The notes beneath the pieces were generated by a model, which ran no database searches, was not told the DNA's origin, and worked only from the letters and a program-made list of their open reading frames with translations. Made by a program: the position numbers and the translations under genes. A DNA stretch of 63,840 nt, counting the filler, from Chiloscyllium plagiosum (lineage: Eukaryota): assembly GCF_004010195.1 (NCBI RefSeq). It is 5 parts of one record of this genome, joined end to end, with 100 filler letters (N's around TTAATTAATTAA, not from the genome) between each part and the next. Parts side by side here need not be neighbours in the genome. Positions count along the whole stretch, not along the records: positions 59,886 to 63,840 come from NC_057717.1; 4 more parts are not named here. One strand, given 5' to 3'. The number at the start of each line of letters is the position of its first letter. The stretch's first letter is position 1. Positions 60,601 to 63,840 of this stretch are shown piece by piece.

Positions 60601-61611
60601 GCTCACCCTTCCAACCATCCCTGATGCAATGATATTATTTCTCAGTTGCTTTCAGTTTTGATAGGCTCATTGAACTCAAAACATTAATTGTGTTTCTTCA
60701 GGCAGACTGCCATACCTGCTGAGATTTTCTAACATTCTTTCAGACGGTGGAGAATTTCATTTCAGATCGCCAGCATCCGCATTTCCTTGGTTATTTCACC
60801 TTTAATGTTGTTGTTCGCAGGATGCCAGCATCACTGGCAAGGACAGCATTTGTTGTCCATCCTGACTGCCCTTGACCACGCGGCCATTTGTCAAGGCAAT
60901 ATGGAGCCAACCAATTGTTGTGGATCTGAGGTAACACTTAGTTCAGACAGGGCAAAAATGTTATATTTCTTTAGCAAAGGTTATCAATAAAATAAGAAAA
61001 GGCATCCTGATGGTTTATGGTTGCCATGAGTGATGTGCAGGTCAGGTTAATTGGCCATGCTAAAGTGTCCATTATGTTAGGTGCATTAGTCAGAGAGAAA
61101 TGTGTCTGGGTGGGTTACTCTTCGGAGGGTCGGTGTGGACTAGTTGGGCCGAAGGGCCTGTTTTCATACCGTAGGGAACCTAATCTGCTCAGTTTGGACT
61201 CAATGCACTGAATGGCCTCCATCCACACTATAGAGATTCTATGATGACAAACTGGAGATGCCTGGCCTGAGGAAGCTACACTGACAATCTCCTGCAGATG
61301 TGTCCCACGGCTGAGATGATTGATGCCCACAATGATAATCATCTTCCCTTGTGCCGTGAATGACTCCAAACAGTGGAGAGGTCACAATTAATTCTCATAA
61401 AGTGTGATTTCGTTCAGGTTCCTAGATGTCATCCTCAGTCAAATACTACCTTGAGTTCAGGGCCAGTTTCTCTTACCTGAGCCCCTGTGTTCCCTCTTTT
61501 GTTCATATCAGTAAGTCATGGTGCAGAAGCAGAGAACGTTTTCTTCAATGAGAGGGTAGTGAATGTCAGGAATTCTCTTACACAGAGAGTTAAGGGAGCT
61601 AGATCACTGAA

Positions 61612-62000
61612 AGGGACCAGTGGTGTCCCGCAGAGATCAGTCCTCGGACCTCTGCTCTTTGTTACTTTTATAAATGACTTGGATATGAGTGTTGAAGAGT
61701 GGGCTATTCAGTCTGCCGATGACACAAAGGTGGTTGGAGTGGTACAGAATATGGAGGGCTATTGTAGGTTGCAACGGGACATTGATAGGATGCAGAGCTG
61801 GGCTGAGAACTGGCAGATGAAGTTCAAACTGAAGTGATTCACCTTGCAAGCTCGAATGTGAATGTAGAATACATGGTTAAAGGGAGGATTCTTGGCAGTG
61901 TGGAGGAACAGGGATCTTGGAGTCCGTGTCCACAGATCCCACAAAGTTGCTACCCAAGTTGATCGGGTTGTTAAGAAGGCGTATGGTGTGTTGGCTATCA
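61612..62000 (+). mobile_element. CR1 LINE RT fragment
   Basis: Encodes TSGVPQRSVLGPLLFVTFINDLD..ADDTKVVG..LQRDIDRMQSWAENWQMKF. Confidence 0.92.
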
Positions 62001-62104
62001 GTTGCAGGGGAACTATGAATCTTCACCCGTAGGTCTCTTTGTTCAGCAACATTCCCCAGGGCAAAACCACACAAATATATAATTAAACTCCATCTGCCAG
62101 TCCT

Positions 62105-62650
62105 TGGCTCACTGATGGTCAAGGATCACGTTATATTCTAAGATAATCTTCTTCACTGCCCACTGCACCAATTTGGTGATGTTATCTGTAAACTTACTAA
62201 CCATGTCTCTGATAATCACATCAAAGTTGGTTATATCGTGATGAAAAGCAGTGAGCTCAGCACTGATTCTTTCAGCACACCGCTGGCCACAGGTCTTCAG
62301 TCTAGAAAACAATCCATTATCTTCAATCCAATTTTGTATCCAATCGGTTAGCTTTTCCTCGATTACATATAACCTAATTTTAGTAATCTGTCTCCAATGG
62401 AGAACCTTATTAAATGCCTTGCTGAAGTCTGTGTAAACAACGTACACCACAGTGTCTTCTTCAATATTCTTTGTCACCTCTTCATAATACTCAATCACAT
62501 TAATTGACATGATTTCCATCACACAAAATCCAAATTGACTATCCCTAATCAGTCGTTGTCTTTCTAAATAGATGTAAATCCTATTCCTCAGAATCACCTC
62601 CAACGAACTCCTCGACACTGACGTTGGCTGATTGAGTCGATAATTCCCTG
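62105..62650 (-). mobile_element. CR1 LINE RT fragment
   Basis: Encodes YLERQRLIRDSQFGF..EEVTKNIEE..VYTDFSKAFNKVLH..WIQNW..SKFTD. Confidence 0.88.
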
Positions 62651-62913
62651 TTTTTTTTTCTGGCTTACTAGCCCCACTCCTTTACTGGCCACAAAAAATA
62701 ATTATAACTAGTTTGGTGATATGGCCAATGATATAGTTCTCAGAGTGTGTCAGGGTCAGTGTTAGGAACAAGTCAGGCAGATTTCTTTAATCTGCTAAAA
62801 AAAACCCACATTTATGACCAAAACAAGGTTGCTCAAACTATGATGGAAAGAGGAATGACGAGAAGATATTGCAAATATGTACATTGATAGTTCCCTTTGA
62901 AAAATACTGAGAA

Positions 62914-62948
62914 ACACACACACACACACACGCACACACACACACACC
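62914..62948 (+). repeat. (CA)n microsatellite
   Basis: Interrupted CA dinucleotide run. Confidence 0.9.
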
Positions 62949-63094
62949 AGCACGCGCAAACACACACCTATTGTCAATAACAAACTGAAAAGTAAAATAT
63001 CTGCAAAGTTAACTTGAAAGAACATTGTCCAAATATGATTCGAATTCATGACTAAAAGGACAAATGAGAGTTTGACCCAAATGATGTTCTATTT

Positions 63095-63840
63095 GTAGAG
63101 TCATCAAGTCCTACAGCATGGAGAGAGGCAGAGAGGCCCCTTGGCCCAAACTCGTCCATGCTGACCCAAATATCCAACCACACTAACCTCATTTTCCAGC
63201 ACTTGGCCCATAGCATTCTCGTCATTTCCTGTCCATGTATTTGCCCAAATGCCCGTTAAATATCGTTAATATAAATGCTCAACCACTTCCGTTGGCAGCT
63301 CATTCCCTTTGTGTACCACTCTCTGTGTAAAACAGTTTCTATCAGTTTCCCATTTATTCTTTCCCCTCTCACCTTAAACTGATGCCCTCTTCTCCTCGAT
63401 CCCCAACTCTAGAAAAAAAAGGCTGGATCCATTCACCCTATCCATGTAAACTTCTATAAGANNNNNNNNNNNNNNNNNNNNNNNNNNNNTTTCCCCTCTC
63501 ACCTTAAACTGATGCCCTCTCCTCCTCGATTCCCCAACTCTAGAAAAAAAAAGGCTGGATCCATTCATCCTATCCATGTAAGCTTCTATAAGATCCCTCT
63601 CAGTCTCCTATTCTCTAAAGAAAAAAAGCCCTCGCTTGTCCATCCTCTCCCTATAATTCATACTGTTGACTCCTAGCAACATTCTTGCAAATTCCATCTG
63701 CACACATTCCAAATTAAAAACATCCTTCCGATTGCAATGTGACTAAAACTGAACACAGCACTACAAGTGCAGCCTCACCAACATCCTGTATAACTGCAAC
63801 ATAACTTCCCAACTGCTCTCCTCCATGTCCTGACCGATGC
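63095..63840 (-). mobile_element. CR1 LINE 3' end
   Basis: Reverse complement of typical CR1 C-terminus and 3' UTR (AGAGGGCATCAGTTTAAGGTGAGAGGGGAAA; ..CATGCTGTAGGACTTGATGACTCTA). Confidence 0.85.

Noticed and set aside
63358..63591. ~100-bp direct repeat flanking a 28-N gap
   Set aside because: Most likely overlapping contig ends or alleles within a CR1 tail, so an assembly artefact.

Overview
Repeat-rich eukaryotic DNA, most likely from a shark or other elasmobranch; this is inferred from HE1/V-SINE-like elements with an AATCT-type tail, abundant CR1 LINEs and Penelope-like elements (PLEs). I found no intact cellular protein-coding gene. The window is a decayed tRNA gene cluster. It holds one apparently intact tRNA-Ser(AGA) at 2850-2931 (-), five degenerate paralogues of it, and relics of Thr, Ile(TAT, intron), Arg(TCT, intron), Arg(ACG, 5' half), Arg(CCG-like), His, Asp and Leu genes. 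Nested duplications amplified the cluster: an old unit (Penelope relic + tRNA-Ser + an unidentified ~0.9-kb downstream cassette) occurs in both orientations, and a younger copy of positions ~1-17 kb recurs at ~23.2-35.4 kb. Other elements are a ~100-bp fold-back anchored inside a tRNA-Ser pseudogene, a Penelope element with inverted pseudo-LTRs carrying a minimal hammerhead ribozyme, and a defective class I endogenous retrovirus (LTR, tRNA-Pro PBS, gag-UAG-pro-pol, internal RNase H deletion). Four 100-bp gaps contain an artificial TTAATTAATTAA linker, so adjacency across them is not guaranteed. I see no clearly new biological system. The best leads are the tRNA-anchored hairpin, the tRNA-Ser-linked cassette and the intact hammerhead. 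All comparisons were made by eye against remembered consensus sequences; divergence statements are qualitative.
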